The translations under genes and the position numbers were made by a program. A DNA stretch of 64,000 bases from a bacterium. GTDB taxonomy: Bacteria; UBA8248. The stretch is from assembly GCA_965199855.1 (NCBI GenBank), contig OZ241326.1, forward strand, positions 1,280,001 to 1,344,000, given 5' to 3'. Shown here one piece after another: positions 1 to 10,613 of this stretch (position 1 is its first letter; the number at the start of each line of letters is the position of its first letter). The notes under the pieces were generated by a model, which worked only from the letters and a program-made list of their open reading frames with translations, searched no databases and had not been told where the DNA came from.

Positions 1-408
1 GAGGTGTTCGCCCTGCACGGGGAGGACGAGCTGACGGTGGCGGTGAACGGAAAATCCCTGCGCCTCGCCCGCGGCGCGGTGGAGGCGCTTGACGGGGCGC
101 CGGGACCTTCTCCCCGGGAGGGGACGGTGACGCGCGAGATCTCCGCGAGAGAGGACGGCTTCTCGCCCGAGCTTCAGCTGCGCGGCGAACGCGCCGAGCG
201 CGCGATAGAGATGCTGGAGAAATACCTGGACGACGCCGCGCTCGTGGGCGTCGCCTCGGTTCGCATCGTTCACGGCAAGGGCGAGGGGGTGCTCTCCCAA
301 GTCGTCGCGGAGCGCCTGCGGGAGCACGTCCTGGTGTCGAGGTTCGGCCCCGCCAGGCCCGAGGAGGGCGGCTGGGGGGTCACCCACGTGGAGCTGGCGC
401 TTCGCTGA
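1..408 (+). CDS. mutS2: MutS2 C-terminal part (Smr endonuclease domain), 5'-truncated by window
   Basis: ELQLRGERAERAIEMLEKYLDDA...VRIVHGKGEGVL...GGWGVT is the Smr domain signature, preceded by a KOW-like segment. Confidence 0.85.
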   Translation, partial: EVFALHGEDELTVAVNGKSLRLARGAVEALDGAPGPSPREGTVTREISAREDGFSPELQLRGERAERAIEMLEKYLDDAALVGVASVRIVHGKGEGVLSQVVAERLREHVLVSRFGPARPEEGGWGVTHVELALR

Positions 409-441
409 CGCTGATGATTCGCTTTCCTTGAGGGGGGCGGC

Positions 442-2328
442 ATGGGCCGCGTGCCGGACGAGGTGGTGGACAGGATACGGGACGGCGCTCCGATAGAGAG
501 CGTCATCGGCGAGTTCGTGCGCCTCCAGAAGGCGGGCGCGAACTTCAGGGGGCTTTGTCCGTTCCACGACGAGAAGACGCCCTCCTTCAACGTGAACCCG
601 CGCATGGGCATCTACAAGTGCTTCGGGTGCGGGGCGGGGGGCAACGTCTTTCAGTTTCTCATGCGGCACGAGGGCATGACCTTCCCGGAGGCGCTGGCGC
701 ACCTGGCGAAGCGCCAGGGGATAGACCTCTCCCGCTACGAGGAGCCTTCGGGGAGAGGCCCGCGAAAGCCGGACGCGCGGCGGGAGACGGCGGTGCTCAA
801 CCGGCTGGCGGCCGATTTCTTCCGCGCCGCGCTCGGGAGCGGCGCGGGCGAGCGGGGCCGGCGGTATCTGGCCGAGCGCGGCGTCTCCGGGGAGGCCGTC
901 GAGAGGTTTCAGATCGGGTATGCGCCGCCGCGCTGGGACGCCCTCATCAAGGGGGCGGGGCGCAGGGGGGCGTCTCCCGATGCGCTGGCGGAGGCGGGCC
1001 TCGCGGCGCGCCGCGAGGAGGGCAATGGGTTTTACGACCGCTTCCGGGACAGAATCATGTTTCCCATCCGGGGCCACGAGGGGGAAATCGTGGGCTTCGG
1101 GGGGCGCTCGCTGCCCGACGCCGATTCGCGCCACGCGACCGCGAAATACCTGAACTCGCCGGATACGCCGCTCTTCCGGAAGGGAAGGGTCCTCTACGGC
1201 TTCCACGAGGGCGGGGAGGCCATCCGCGAGAAGAAGCGCGCCCTGGTGACGGAAGGATATTTCGACGTCATCTCGCTCTGGATGCGCGGCTTTCGGGAGT
1301 CCGTCGCGCCCCTGGGCACCGCGCTGACCTCCGAGCACGTGAGAAGCCTGCGGGCGCGCGCGGAGGAGCTCGTGTTCGTCTTCGATCCGGACGAGGCGGG
1401 CCTCGCCGCCTCGCGGCGCGCGGGCGCCATGGCGGGGCGGATGCTGGGCCTCGCGGGCGCGCCCGGCCGTCTCGTGGCGAGCGACCTCCTGCGCAGGGAC
1501 TTCATCGACCGCGACGGGGCGGGCGCCGTGCGCCTCAAGGTGGTGAGCCTGCCCGAGGGGCGCGACGTGGACGCCTTCCTGCGTGAGAGCGGGGCGGAGG
1601 CCTTCGAGCGGCTTCTCGCCTCCGCCGAGGGCATTCTCGAAAACACGGTGCGGACGGCGCTGGCGGGCGTCTCTGCGGGGGCGCCCCAGGCGGAGAAGAT
1701 CGAGGCGGCGCGGCGGCTTCTGCCCATCCTCGGCGCCTGCCACCGCAGCGTGCAGGATCAGTATCTCGCCCTGCTGGAGGATCAACTCGGGATTCCCTAC
1801 CCCACGCTGGCCTCCATGGTGCGGCGGATGCTCGCGGAAGAGGCCCGGGAGGGGCGGCCCCGCAGGGAGGAGGAGCGGGTGGACCTGCTGGGCGGCGGCG
1901 TCAAGCGTCCCAGGTTCGAGCTGGACGCCCTCCAGCTTCTGCTCATGCGCCCGGAGCTGGCCTCCGAAGTGCCCGAGGGGCTCCTGACCGACCCCGTGGT
2001 GAGCGAGGTCGTCTCCCTCATGAAGTCCCCGGGCGCGGGTTCGCCCGCGGCGGCCGCCCTGGCGGACAGGCTCGAAAGCCCGGCCGCGCGCGCGCTCGTG
2101 GCGGAGCTCGCCGTCGCGGAGGTCGAGCCCGAGGACGTGGAGGCGGAGCTGGCCGACTGCGTGGAGAGGCTGACGGATCGCCGCCGGCGAAGGCGGGAGG
2201 AGGAGCTGCTGCGGGTCATCGAGCGAACGCGCCGGGAGGAGGGGGCGGACTCCCCCAGACTCCGGGAGCTTCTGGAGCGAAAGAACGCGCTTCTGCGCGA
2301 GCGGCAGCGGGCCGCCGCGCCGCGCTGA
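442..2328 (+). CDS. dnaG: DNA primase
   Basis: Zn-binding CPFHDEKTPSF...CFGC, FRDRIMFPI, KYLNSPDT, TOPRIM EGYFD and FDPDEAG. Confidence 0.97.
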   Translation: MGRVPDEVVDRIRDGAPIESVIGEFVRLQKAGANFRGLCPFHDEKTPSFNVNPRMGIYKCFGCGAGGNVFQFLMRHEGMTFPEALAHLAKRQGIDLSRYEEPSGRGPRKPDARRETAVLNRLAADFFRAALGSGAGERGRRYLAERGVSGEAVERFQIGYAPPRWDALIKGAGRRGASPDALAEAGLAARREEGNGFYDRFRDRIMFPIRGHEGEIVGFGGRSLPDADSRHATAKYLNSPDTPLFRKGRVLYGFHEGGEAIREKKRALVTEGYFDVISLWMRGFRESVAPLGTALTSEHVRSLRARAEELVFVFDPDEAGLAASRRAGAMAGRMLGLAGAPGRLVASDLLRRDFIDRDGAGAVRLKVVSLPEGRDVDAFLRESGAEAFERLLASAEGILENTVRTALAGVSAGAPQAEKIEAARRLLPILGACHRSVQDQYLALLEDQLGIPYPTLASMVRRMLAEEAREGRPRREEERVDLLGGGVKRPRFELDALQLLLMRPELASEVPEGLLTDPVVSEVVSLMKSPGAGSPAAAALADRLESPAARALVAELAVAEVEPEDVEAELADCVERLTDRRRRRREEELLRVIERTRREEGADSPRLRELLERKNALLRERQRAAAPR

Positions 2329-2397
2329 GGCGCTTTGGCGCGACCGGGATTTTCACGGATTCAGACGACTGCCTGGCGAGAGGAAAGGAGCGGAACA

Positions 2398-4179
2398 TTG
2401 GCGCAAGCGATGCAGACGAAGAAAAAGAAGAATGCCGATGACGTGAAGAACCTGATCGACCTCGGCAAGGAGAAGGGCTTCCTCACCTACGAGGAGGTCA
2501 ACGACGTTCTGCCGCCGGACGTCACCTCGCCCGAGGTGATCGACGACATCATGGTGCTCTTCAACGACATGGACGTCGAGATTCTCGACAGCGAGTCGGC
2601 GGAGAAGCGCGCCGCCAAGAAGAAGGTCGAGGCGGCGAGTCCGGCGAAGGCGGGCGCGGAGACGACCAGCTCCTTCGACGACGCGACCTACGGGAAGACC
2701 GACGACCCCATGCGCATGTATCTGCGCGAGATGGGGCAGATTCCCCTCCTGACCAGGGAGGGCGAGATCGCCATCGCCAAGCGGATAGAGGAGGGGCAGT
2801 TCGAGGTGTGCCAGGCGGCGGTGAGCACGCGCGTGGCGATCAACGCCGTTCTGGAGCTGACCGATCAGCTCAGGAAGGACGAGCTCAGCGTGACCGATCT
2901 CGTCGTCGTCACTAGCGAGGCGGCCTCGGACGACGAGGAGAAGGAAAAGCCCGCCTACGAGGAGGACAAGCGGCGCGTCCTCAAGCTCGTGAGCAGGCTC
3001 AAGACGCAGCTTCGCGCCCTGGAGAAGAAGAAGGCGGCGGGCGACAAGCCGGCCTCCCTCCAGCGGACGCACGACAAGGTGGCCTCCTGCATCCGCGAGA
3101 TGAACCTGCGGCCCGAGCGCGTGGACAGCATCGCCGAGCGCGTGAAGTCCTACGTGGAGTCGATGCGCGGGCATCAGGAGGAGATCGGGCGGTATCTCGA
3201 CGCGGTGGGGATGGACGAGGCGCAGCTGCGCGCCGCGCTTCGGGAGGCCGCGAAGTCGAAGGGAAAGAAGGGCTCCGCCATCCTCAGCGCCGGCGGGAAG
3301 CCCGTCTCCGTCATCGTTCTCGCCGAGTATGATCGCCGCATCAAGAACGTGCGCCGCCGCATCCGCGCGACGGAGAAGGAGGCGGGCGCCTCCCGCGCGG
3401 AGCTCGAGAATTCGCTCAGGATGATTCGCCGCGGCCGCCGCAAGGATCGCCAGGCGAAGAAGGAGCTCGCCGAGGCGAACCTGCGCCTCGTCGTGAGCAT
3501 CGCCAAGAAATACACGAACCGCGGCCTCCAGTTCCTCGATCTGATTCAGGAGGGCAACATCGGCCTGATGAAGGCGGTGGACAAGTTTGAATACAAGCGC
3601 GGCTACAAGTTCAGCACCTACGCCACGTGGTGGATACGCCAGGCCATCACCCGGGCGATCGCCGATCAGGCGCGGACGATCCGCATCCCCGTCCACATGA
3701 TCGAGACGATCAACAAGCTCATCCGCACCTCGCGGCAGCTCCTCCAGAAGCTCGGGCGCGAGCCCCTGCCCGAGGAGGTCGCCAGGGCGATGGAGATACC
3801 CGTCGAGAAGGTGCGCCGGGTGCTCAAGATCGCCAAGGAGCCCATCAGCCTCGAGACGCCCATCGGCGAGGAGGAGGACAGCCAGCTGGGCGACTTCATC
3901 AAGGACGAGAAGGCCGAGGTGCCGCAGGATTCCGTCATCAAGCTGAACCTCAAGGAGCAGACCCAGAAGGTGCTTCAGACCCTCAGCCCGCGCGAGGAGA
4001 AGGTGCTGCGCAAGCGCTTCGGCATCGGCGCGGAGAACGAGCACACGCTCGAGGAGGTGGGGCAGGACTTCGACGTCACCCGCGAGCGCATTCGCCAGAT
4101 CGAGGCCAAGGCGCTCCGCAAGCTTCGCCACCCCACGAGGAGCCGCAAGCTCAAGAGCTTCATCGAGGAGGAAGGCTGA
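2398..4179 (+). CDS. rpoD: RNA polymerase primary sigma factor (sigma-70)
   Basis: Region 1.1, [55 protein letters not shown]; TTG start after AGGAAAGGAG. Confidence 0.97.
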   Translation: MAQAMQTKKKKNADDVKNLIDLGKEKGFLTYEEVNDVLPPDVTSPEVIDDIMVLFNDMDVEILDSESAEKRAAKKKVEAASPAKAGAETTSSFDDATYGKTDDPMRMYLREMGQIPLLTREGEIAIAKRIEEGQFEVCQAAVSTRVAINAVLELTDQLRKDELSVTDLVVVTSEAASDDEEKEKPAYEEDKRRVLKLVSRLKTQLRALEKKKAAGDKPASLQRTHDKVASCIREMNLRPERVDSIAERVKSYVESMRGHQEEIGRYLDAVGMDEAQLRAALREAAKSKGKKGSAILSAGGKPVSVIVLAEYDRRIKNVRRRIRATEKEAGASRAELENSLRMIRRGRRKDRQAKKELAEANLRLVVSIAKKYTNRGLQFLDLIQEGNIGLMKAVDKFEYKRGYKFSTYATWWIRQAITRAIADQARTIRIPVHMIETINKLIRTSRQLLQKLGREPLPEEVARAMEIPVEKVRRVLKIAKEPISLETPIGEEEDSQLGDFIKDEKAEVPQDSVIKLNLKEQTQKVLQTLSPREEKVLRKRFGIGAENEHTLEEVGQDFDVTRERIRQIEAKALRKLRHPTRSRKLKSFIEEEG

Positions 4180-4197
4180 GCGGGAGACCCCGCGCGC

Positions 4198-4228
4198 TTG
4201 ACGCGGAGCGCGCGGAGGGCCATATACT
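4198..4228 (+). promoter_or_regulatory. Putative sigma-70 promoter for the tRNA
   Basis: TTGACG (4198) followed by CATATACT (4221-4228) upstream of the tRNA. Confidence 0.45.
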
Positions 4229-4302
4229 CACGGGCGAACGAGGGCGCGGGGCGGCGGAGGATGTCCGGAGCGCCTTTTCCCCCTTGGGGACGCGCTGATG
4301 CC

Positions 4303-4377
4303 GGGCCCATAGCTCAGCGGCAGAGCCGCCGGCTCATAACCGGCTGGTCCTTGGTTCGAATCCAGGTGGGCCCACCA
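4303..4377 (+). tRNA. tRNA with CAT anticodon, most likely tRNA-Ile2 (lysidine-modified)
   Basis: Cloverleaf GGGCCCA...TGGGCCC-A-CCA; anticodon arm GCCGG-CTCATAA-CCGGC; TTCGAA T-loop; C4:G69 and C5:G68 pairs; no initiator features. Confidence 0.9.
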
Positions 4378-4422
4378 CGCGCTTCTTCATCGACGCGCCG
4401 GCGGCGCGAGGAGTCTTTGGCG

Positions 4423-5376
4423 GTGCACCCGGAGCTGACGGCGCTGAAAGAGCTTCAGGCGGTCGACCTTGAGATGGACGCGCGGCGCGAGGCGATAGCC
4501 GCCGTTCCCGCCTCGATTGAAAGGGAAAAGCGCTATCTCACGGGCTTCGAGTCGGCTGTTCAGGAGCTCGAGAAGGAGCTGGAGGCCGCCCGCAAGAGGC
4601 AGCGCGAGGCGGAGGGCGAGGTTCAGGACTTCGACCAGAAGCTGCGCGACGCGCGCGGCAAGCAGACGCTCGTCAAGACGAACGAGGAATACCGCGCCCT
4701 GGGAGCGGAGATAGCGGGCTTTCAGACGAAAATCAGCGCGCGCGAGGACGCCGTTCTCGAAATCATGGACGAAATGCCCTCGCGCGAGGAGGCGCTCGCC
4801 CGCGCGCGCGGCGAGCGGGAGGCGGCGCGGGACAGGGCGCGGGGCGAGGTGAAGAAGCACGAGCGCCGCCGGGAGGAGCTGGAGCGGGAGCTGGGCGGCC
4901 TTTCCGCCAAGTCGAAATCGCTGGCGGGCGAAATCAGCCCGGAGTGGCTGAGGCGCTACCGGGGCTTGCGAAAATCCCGCAAGGGGCTGGCCGTCTGCGC
5001 CATCGTCAACCGCGCCTGCCAGGGGTGCCGCACGGCGGAGACCATCAAGCGCTTTCTGGAGATCCGGGACTCGAAGGACGCGATTTACGCCTGCTCGAAC
5101 TGCGGCCGCATCCTGTATTACGAGGAGGGCGAGACGGAGGATTTGAGCCTCCCGGGAGAGGATGATGGTGCCGGCTATTCTACAAAAATAGGGTCCGTAA
5201 ATAGAAACAGCCAAGAAGTTATTCGGAAGACCAGTATCCCCGGCAACGACCACAATCAGTGGGTCTTTGTCTTGCGATGTGGTGAGTGTAATTATGAATA
5301 TGGATCGAACGGTTCGGATAACCACCAGAGACGATGCCCAAAATGCCAGGGCGGAGCGGCGGGGCTTTCGTATTAA
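4423..5376 (+). CDS. Coiled-coil C4 zinc-ribbon protein (DUF164/HP0958-like) with an extra C-terminal Zn-finger-like domain
   Basis: LKELQAVDLE start, coiled coil, KTNEEYRAL, CQGC...CSNCGRIL; extension contains CGEC...CPKC; GTG start after GAGGAG. Confidence 0.85.
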   Translation: MHPELTALKELQAVDLEMDARREAIAAVPASIEREKRYLTGFESAVQELEKELEAARKRQREAEGEVQDFDQKLRDARGKQTLVKTNEEYRALGAEIAGFQTKISAREDAVLEIMDEMPSREEALARARGEREAARDRARGEVKKHERRREELERELGGLSAKSKSLAGEISPEWLRRYRGLRKSRKGLAVCAIVNRACQGCRTAETIKRFLEIRDSKDAIYACSNCGRILYYEEGETEDLSLPGEDDGAGYSTKIGSVNRNSQEVIRKTSIPGNDHNQWVFVLRCGECNYEYGSNGSDNHQRRCPKCQGGAAGLSY

Positions 5377-5420
5377 AAACTGCGGCCCCTAAGCCCGAGC
5401 TCTATAAGGAATGTTGCCGA

Positions 5421-5837
5421 ATGAAGGGGCGCTATCTCCGGGTTCACACCGACGGCGCGGCGCGCGGGAATCCGGGGCCGGCCGCCGCCGCCGCCGTGCT
5501 GTATGACGACGCGGGCGACCGCGTGGCGGAGGAGTCGCGGTATCTGGGGGCGGCGACGAACAACGTGGCGGAATACCAGGCGCTTCTGCTGGGCCTCGAG
5601 CGCGCCGCGAAACTGGGAGCCTCGCGCGTGGAGGTGGTGACGGATTCCGAACTCATCGCCCGCCAGTGGAGCGGAGAGTATCGGGTGAAGAACAAGGCGC
5701 TCAAGCCCCTCTATGAGCGGGCGAAGGAGGCGGCCCGGGCGTTCGGCTCCGTCGCCGTGCGCCACGCGCCGCGCGCGCGGAACGCGGCGGCCGACGCCGC
5801 CGCCAACCGCGCCATCGACGCCGGGACGGCTTCGTAG
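5421..5837 (+). CDS. rnhA: Ribonuclease HI
   Basis: TDGAARGNPGPA, ATNNVAEYQAL, TDSELI, N-x-x-AD-x-x-AN motifs. Confidence 0.92.
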   Translation: MKGRYLRVHTDGAARGNPGPAAAAAVLYDDAGDRVAEESRYLGAATNNVAEYQALLLGLERAAKLGASRVEVVTDSELIARQWSGEYRVKNKALKPLYERAKEAARAFGSVAVRHAPRARNAAADAAANRAIDAGTAS

Positions 5838-5871
5838 GACTGGTAGAGCGGCGGGAATACGAAAGAGGCAT

Positions 5872-6242
<371 letters not shown>

Positions 6243-6381
6243 CAGGATTCGAGGGCGCGCTCCCCGGAGGCGCGAAAGCCGTCCGACGGGCGGCGCTCCC
6301 GGCGCGCCGGAAACCCATGCGCGAACCCGGGAGGTCGGACGGCGCGCGCCGCTTTTCTTTTGAACGAGACGGAGAAGCCAG

Positions 6382-7632
6382 ATGCCCACGGAATCCGCAG
6401 CGGCGCGGCAGACGCTTGATCCCTCGCTCATCGCCGCCGAGTCGGCTCGCGCGGCCGAGGCGATAGCGCCCTGCCTGCGGCCCACGCCCGCCCGCCTCAG
6501 CGAGCATTTCTCCGAGCGGCTGGGCGTAGAGGTCTATCTCAAGCCCGAGAACTTCCAGCGAACGGGCTCGTTCAAGGTGCGCGGGGGCATCTACGCGCTC
6601 CAGAAGCTGGATCCGGCGCGGCGCCAGTGGGGTGTCGTCACGGCGAGCGCGGGAAACCACGCCCAGGGCGTCGCCTTCGCGGCGAAGGAGCTGGGCGTCA
6701 AGGCGCTGGTGGTGATGCCCGAGGCTACGCCCAACACGAAGCTCGACGCCGCGCGGGCGCTGGGCGCCGAGACCGAGCTGTTCGGCGCCTCCTTCGACGA
6801 CGCCTACGAGCGCGCGCGGGGCTACGAGAAAGAGCGCGGCCTGACGATGATTCCCCCTTTCGACCACCCGGACGTCATCGCGGGCCAGGGCACCCTGGGG
6901 CTGGAGATCCTTGATGAGGCGCCGGACGCGGGAACCATCCTCGTCCCCGTCGGAGGGGGCGGCCTCATCTCGGGCGTCGCCGCCGCCGTGAAGACCCGAA
7001 AGCCGGACGCGCGCGTCATCGGCGTGGTGGCCGAGGGCGCGGCCGCGCTCGTGCGCTCCCTGGACGCGGGAAGAATCATCGAGGCGGGCGCGGCGCGGAC
7101 GATCGCGGACGGCATCGCCGTCAAGAGGAGCGGAGAACTCTGCTTTCCCCTGATTCGGGATCTGGTGGATCAGGTGGTCTCCGTCTCCGACGACGCGATG
7201 GCCAACGCCATTCTGGGCCTTCTGGAGCAGGAGCGGATGCTGGTCGAGGCGGCGGGGGCGGCCTCGCTGGCCGCGCTCATCGAGCGAAAGGCCAGGGTGA
7301 GCGGCAAGGTGGTCGCGCTCCTGAGCGGCGGGAACCTGGACGTCAACCTGCTCTCGCGCATCATCGGCAAGGGGCTGGCGCTGGCGAACCGCTACGCGCG
7401 CATCCAGGTGCCGCTCCACGACGTGCCCGGCGCGCTGATGCGGCTCTCCAAAATCGTGGCCGACTGCCGGGTGAACATCATCCACATCGAGCACGACAGG
7501 CTTTCGACGGAAGTGCCCATCAACCACACCCTCTCCACCCTCCACATGGAGGTGCGCGGGCGGGCGCATCTCGAGCAGTTGGCGCAGATTCTCCTCCAGG
7601 AAGGCTACGAAGTGCGCCGGGGGGAGGCCTAG
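6382..7632 (+). CDS. ilvA: Threonine ammonia-lyase with single C-terminal ACT domain
   Basis: ENFQRTGSFKVRG PLP-lysine, SAGNHAQG, VPVGGGGL, LSGGNLD. Confidence 0.9.
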   Translation: MPTESAAARQTLDPSLIAAESARAAEAIAPCLRPTPARLSEHFSERLGVEVYLKPENFQRTGSFKVRGGIYALQKLDPARRQWGVVTASAGNHAQGVAFAAKELGVKALVVMPEATPNTKLDAARALGAETELFGASFDDAYERARGYEKERGLTMIPPFDHPDVIAGQGTLGLEILDEAPDAGTILVPVGGGGLISGVAAAVKTRKPDARVIGVVAEGAAALVRSLDAGRIIEAGAARTIADGIAVKRSGELCFPLIRDLVDQVVSVSDDAMANAILGLLEQERMLVEAAGAASLAALIERKARVSGKVVALLSGGNLDVNLLSRIIGKGLALANRYARIQVPLHDVPGALMRLSKIVADCRVNIIHIEHDRLSTEVPINHTLSTLHMEVRGRAHLEQLAQILLQEGYEVRRGEA

Positions 7633-7635
7633 GCC

Positions 7636-9177
7636 ATGGGCGCGCCGCGCCGCGCCCTGCTCAGCGTGAGCGACAAGAGCGGGGTCGGAGAACTCGGCGC
7701 GGCCCTGGTTGAGGCGGGCTGGGAGGTCGTCTCCACGGGCGGCACGGCCGAGGCGCTGCGCCGCGCGGGCGTTCCCGCGCTGGAGGCGGCGGACTGCACG
7801 GGGCATCCCGAAATCATGGGAGGGCGCGTCAAGACGCTCCATCCGAAAATTCTGGGCGGCATTCTCGCGCTCCTGCCGGAGCACGAGGAGGAGATGCACG
7901 CGAACGGCATCGTCCCCATCGACCTGGTGGCGGTGAACCTCTACCCGTTCCGGGAGACCGTCGCCCGGCGCGGCGTCGAAAGGGCCGAGGCGGTCGAGCA
8001 AATCGACGTCGGCGGCCCCGCCATGGCGCGCGCCGCCGCCAAGAACCACGCGCGCGTGGCCGTGCTCGTGGACCCGGCCGACTACCCGGCCGCCATCACC
8101 CACGTCCGGAGCGGCGGGCCGTTTCCGCGGGACTGGCTGGCGGACCTCGCCCGCAAGGCGTTTCGCCACACCGCGAATTATGACGCCGCCATCGCGGACT
8201 ATCTGGACGCCGGCGAGGAGGACGCGCTTCCCGAACGAATCGACCTGCGCCTCGACCGCGTTCAGACGCTTCGCTACGGGGAGAATCCCCACCAGAGGGG
8301 CGCGCTCTACCGGCTGGACGGGGCGGGGGGCGGGTTCTCGCTCTGCGACGCGGAGCGCCTGGGCGGAAAGGAGCTCTCCTTCAACAATCTGCTGGACGCG
8401 GCGGCCGCCGCCGAGCTCGCGAACGATCTGGAGGGCGTCGGCTGCGCCATCATCAAGCACACGAACCCCTGCGGCGTGGGCCTGGGCGGCTCCCCGGCGG
8501 CGGCCTACGAGCGCGCCCTGGCGTGCGATCCCGTCTCGGCGTTCGGAAGCGTGATTGGCTGCAACCGCAAAGTGGACGCGGAGACGGCGCGCGCCATGCG
8601 GGAGCTCTTCGTCGAGGCGGTGGTCGCGCCCGATTTCGACGAAGAGGCGCTCGCCCTCCTGCGTAAGAGGAAAAACCTCAGAATCCTGCGCCTTCGGGGG
8701 CTGGGCGCCTCCGCGCCGGCGGGGCGCGACCTGCGCTCGGTTCCCGGCGGCGTTCTCATGCAGGAGCGCGACCGCCTCTCGGACGCGGAGTTTCGCTGGG
8801 AGGTTGTCACCCCCCGCGCGCCCTCGGAGGAGGAGGAAAGAGCGCTGCGAATCGCCTGGCGCGCGGCGCGCCACGTGAAGAGCAACGCCGTCGTCCTGGC
8901 GGACGCGAGCGGCTCGGTGGGCGTGGGCGCGGGCCAGATGAGCCGGGTGGACGCCGTTCGCCTCGCCGCCGAACGCGCCGTCCTGCCCACCGGGGGCTGC
9001 GCCCTGGGGTCGGACGCCTTCTTTCCCTTCCGGGACGGAGTGGACGCCGCCGCCTCCTGCGGGGTGAAGGCGATAGCCCAGCCGGGCGGCTCGGTGCGCG
9101 ACGAGGAGGTCATCGAGGCGGCGGCCGGGCATGACGTCGCCATGGTCTTCACGGGCAGACGCCATTTCCGACACTGA
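7636..9177 (+). CDS. purH: Bifunctional AICAR transformylase/IMP cyclohydrolase
   Basis: ALLSVSDK, GGRVKTLHP, LRYGENPHQ, KHTNPCG, SDAFFPF, PGGSVRD, RHFRH. Confidence 0.97.
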   Translation: MGAPRRALLSVSDKSGVGELGAALVEAGWEVVSTGGTAEALRRAGVPALEAADCTGHPEIMGGRVKTLHPKILGGILALLPEHEEEMHANGIVPIDLVAVNLYPFRETVARRGVERAEAVEQIDVGGPAMARAAAKNHARVAVLVDPADYPAAITHVRSGGPFPRDWLADLARKAFRHTANYDAAIADYLDAGEEDALPERIDLRLDRVQTLRYGENPHQRGALYRLDGAGGGFSLCDAERLGGKELSFNNLLDAAAAAELANDLEGVGCAIIKHTNPCGVGLGGSPAAAYERALACDPVSAFGSVIGCNRKVDAETARAMRELFVEAVVAPDFDEEALALLRKRKNLRILRLRGLGASAPAGRDLRSVPGGVLMQERDRLSDAEFRWEVVTPRAPSEEEERALRIAWRAARHVKSNAVVLADASGSVGVGAGQMSRVDAVRLAAERAVLPTGGCALGSDAFFPFRDGVDAAASCGVKAIAQPGGSVRDEEVIEAAAGHDVAMVFTGRRHFRH

Positions 9178-9179
9178 AG

Positions 9180-10613
9180 ATGCCGCGGAATCTCCCCGCC
9201 TCTCCTCTCCTGGACAATGCGCCCGCGCCCCTGGAGGCGCTGCGGCGCGCCGAGGCGCTTCTGAACGCCCTGGCCGCGCTGCCCAAGAAATCCTGGAGGC
9301 CGCGCCCGGACGCCCGGGGCGTGAAGGCGGCGGGGCCGGGCCTCGCCCGCGCCGCGCGGCTGCTCGACATTCTTGGGGTTCCCGGGGCGCGCCAGGAAAT
9401 CGTCCACGTCGTGGGGACGAGCGGCAAAGGCTCCACCGCGCTGATGATGGCGGAGGCCCTCCTGGCCTCCGGCAGGAGGACGGCCGCGTTTTTCTCGCCC
9501 CATCTCACCTCGATCGTCGAGCGCTTCTGGATCGGGGGACGCTTCGCCGAGCCCGCCCTCATCGCGCGATGCGCGCGCGAACTCGCCGAGGCGGCCGAAC
9601 GCATGGCGAAGGAGCCCGAATTCGGGCCGCCCTCCTTCTTTGAGGCGGCGCTCGGCCTTTTTCTGGTGATGGCGCGCGAGGAGGACTGCGAATGTCTCGT
9701 CCTGGAGGCGGGGCTGGGCGGGACGTTCGACGCCACGAACGTGGCGGGCGCGGCCGTCTTGGACGTCATCACCTCGGTCGGTCTGGATCACACCGAACTG
9801 CTCGGCGATTCGATCGCGCGAATCGCGCGCGACAAGGCGGGCATCATCACGGAGGGGGGGCGCGTCATGCCGGGCGCCGTCCCTCCCGAGGCGCGGACGG
9901 AAATCGAGCGCGCGGCCTTCGAGCGCGGAGCGCGCCTCTATGCGCCGCCGCGCCTTGAGAACGCGGACTTGCGGCCCGATGGCGCGCTTTTCGATGTAAC
10001 ATTCGACGACGGGGCGCGGTGGGAGAGCCTCTCGACCTCCATGCCCGGCGCGCACCAGGCGCAAAACGCCGCCCTGGCCGCCGGAGCGTGCCGGCTGCTG
10101 GGGCTGGGAGAGCGCGAGATTCGCGCGGGCGTCGCGGCGGCGCGCCTGCCGTGCCGGATGGAGAGCGTCCAGTCGAATCCGCAGGTCGTGCTGGACGGCG
10201 CGCACAACCGGGACAAGGCGCGGGCGCTGGCGGCGGGCCTGGCGCGGCGGGAGTCCGGTCGCCTCATCTTCGTTCTCGGAGCGGTGGGCGGCAAGGATTT
10301 TCGGGGAATGGCCGAGGCGTTCGCCGCCGCGGGCGATTCGTTTTTCGTCACGCTCCCTCCTGTGGGCGCGCCGAGAGCCGCCCTTTCGCCGGTCGCCTTC
10401 GCGCGCGCGCTCGAGGCGGCGGGCGCCGCGCGCGTGGAGATCCGCATGGACGCATGGGCGGCGCTCGATGACGCGCTCGCCGAGGCGGGAGAGGAGGACT
10501 GGGTCGCCGCCGCCGGGTCGATGTTCCTCGCCGGCGAGCTCAGGCGGCGCTGGGTGAGCGAGGCGCGCATCGCGGAGAGCGGCCTCGCTTTTCCGCATGA
10601 GGCGCGTCCGTGA
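9180..10613 (+). CDS. folC: Folylpolyglutamate/dihydrofolate synthase
   Basis: VHVVGTSGKGST, FSPHL, EAGLGGTFDATNV, LDHTELLG, DKAGI, LDGAHN, GSMFLAG. Confidence 0.88.
   Translation: MPRNLPASPLLDNAPAPLEALRRAEALLNALAALPKKSWRPRPDARGVKAAGPGLARAARLLDILGVPGARQEIVHVVGTSGKGSTALMMAEALLASGRRTAAFFSPHLTSIVERFWIGGRFAEPALIARCARELAEAAERMAKEPEFGPPSFFEAALGLFLVMAREEDCECLVLEAGLGGTFDATNVAGAAVLDVITSVGLDHTELLGDSIARIARDKAGIITEGGRVMPGAVPPEARTEIERAAFERGARLYAPPRLENADLRPDGALFDVTFDDGARWESLSTSMPGAHQAQNAALAAGACRLLGLGEREIRAGVAAARLPCRMESVQSNPQVVLDGAHNRDKARALAAGLARRESGRLIFVLGAVGGKDFRGMAEAFAAAGDSFFVTLPPVGAPRAALSPVAFARALEAAGAARVEIRMDAWAALDDALAEAGEEDWVAAAGSMFLAGELRRRWVSEARIAESGLAFPHEARP

Noticed and set aside
4303-4377. Initiator or elongator tRNA-Met call
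   Set aside because: Paired G1:C72 and no GGG/CCC anticodon stem exclude the initiator; C4:G69/C5:G68 and the post-rpoD position favour Ile2, though elongator Met is not fully excluded
4198-4422. N-terminal extension of the zinc-ribbon ORF (ORF track start 4198)
   Set aside because: It overlaps the tRNA gene and its promoter; the real start is near 4423 after GAGGAG
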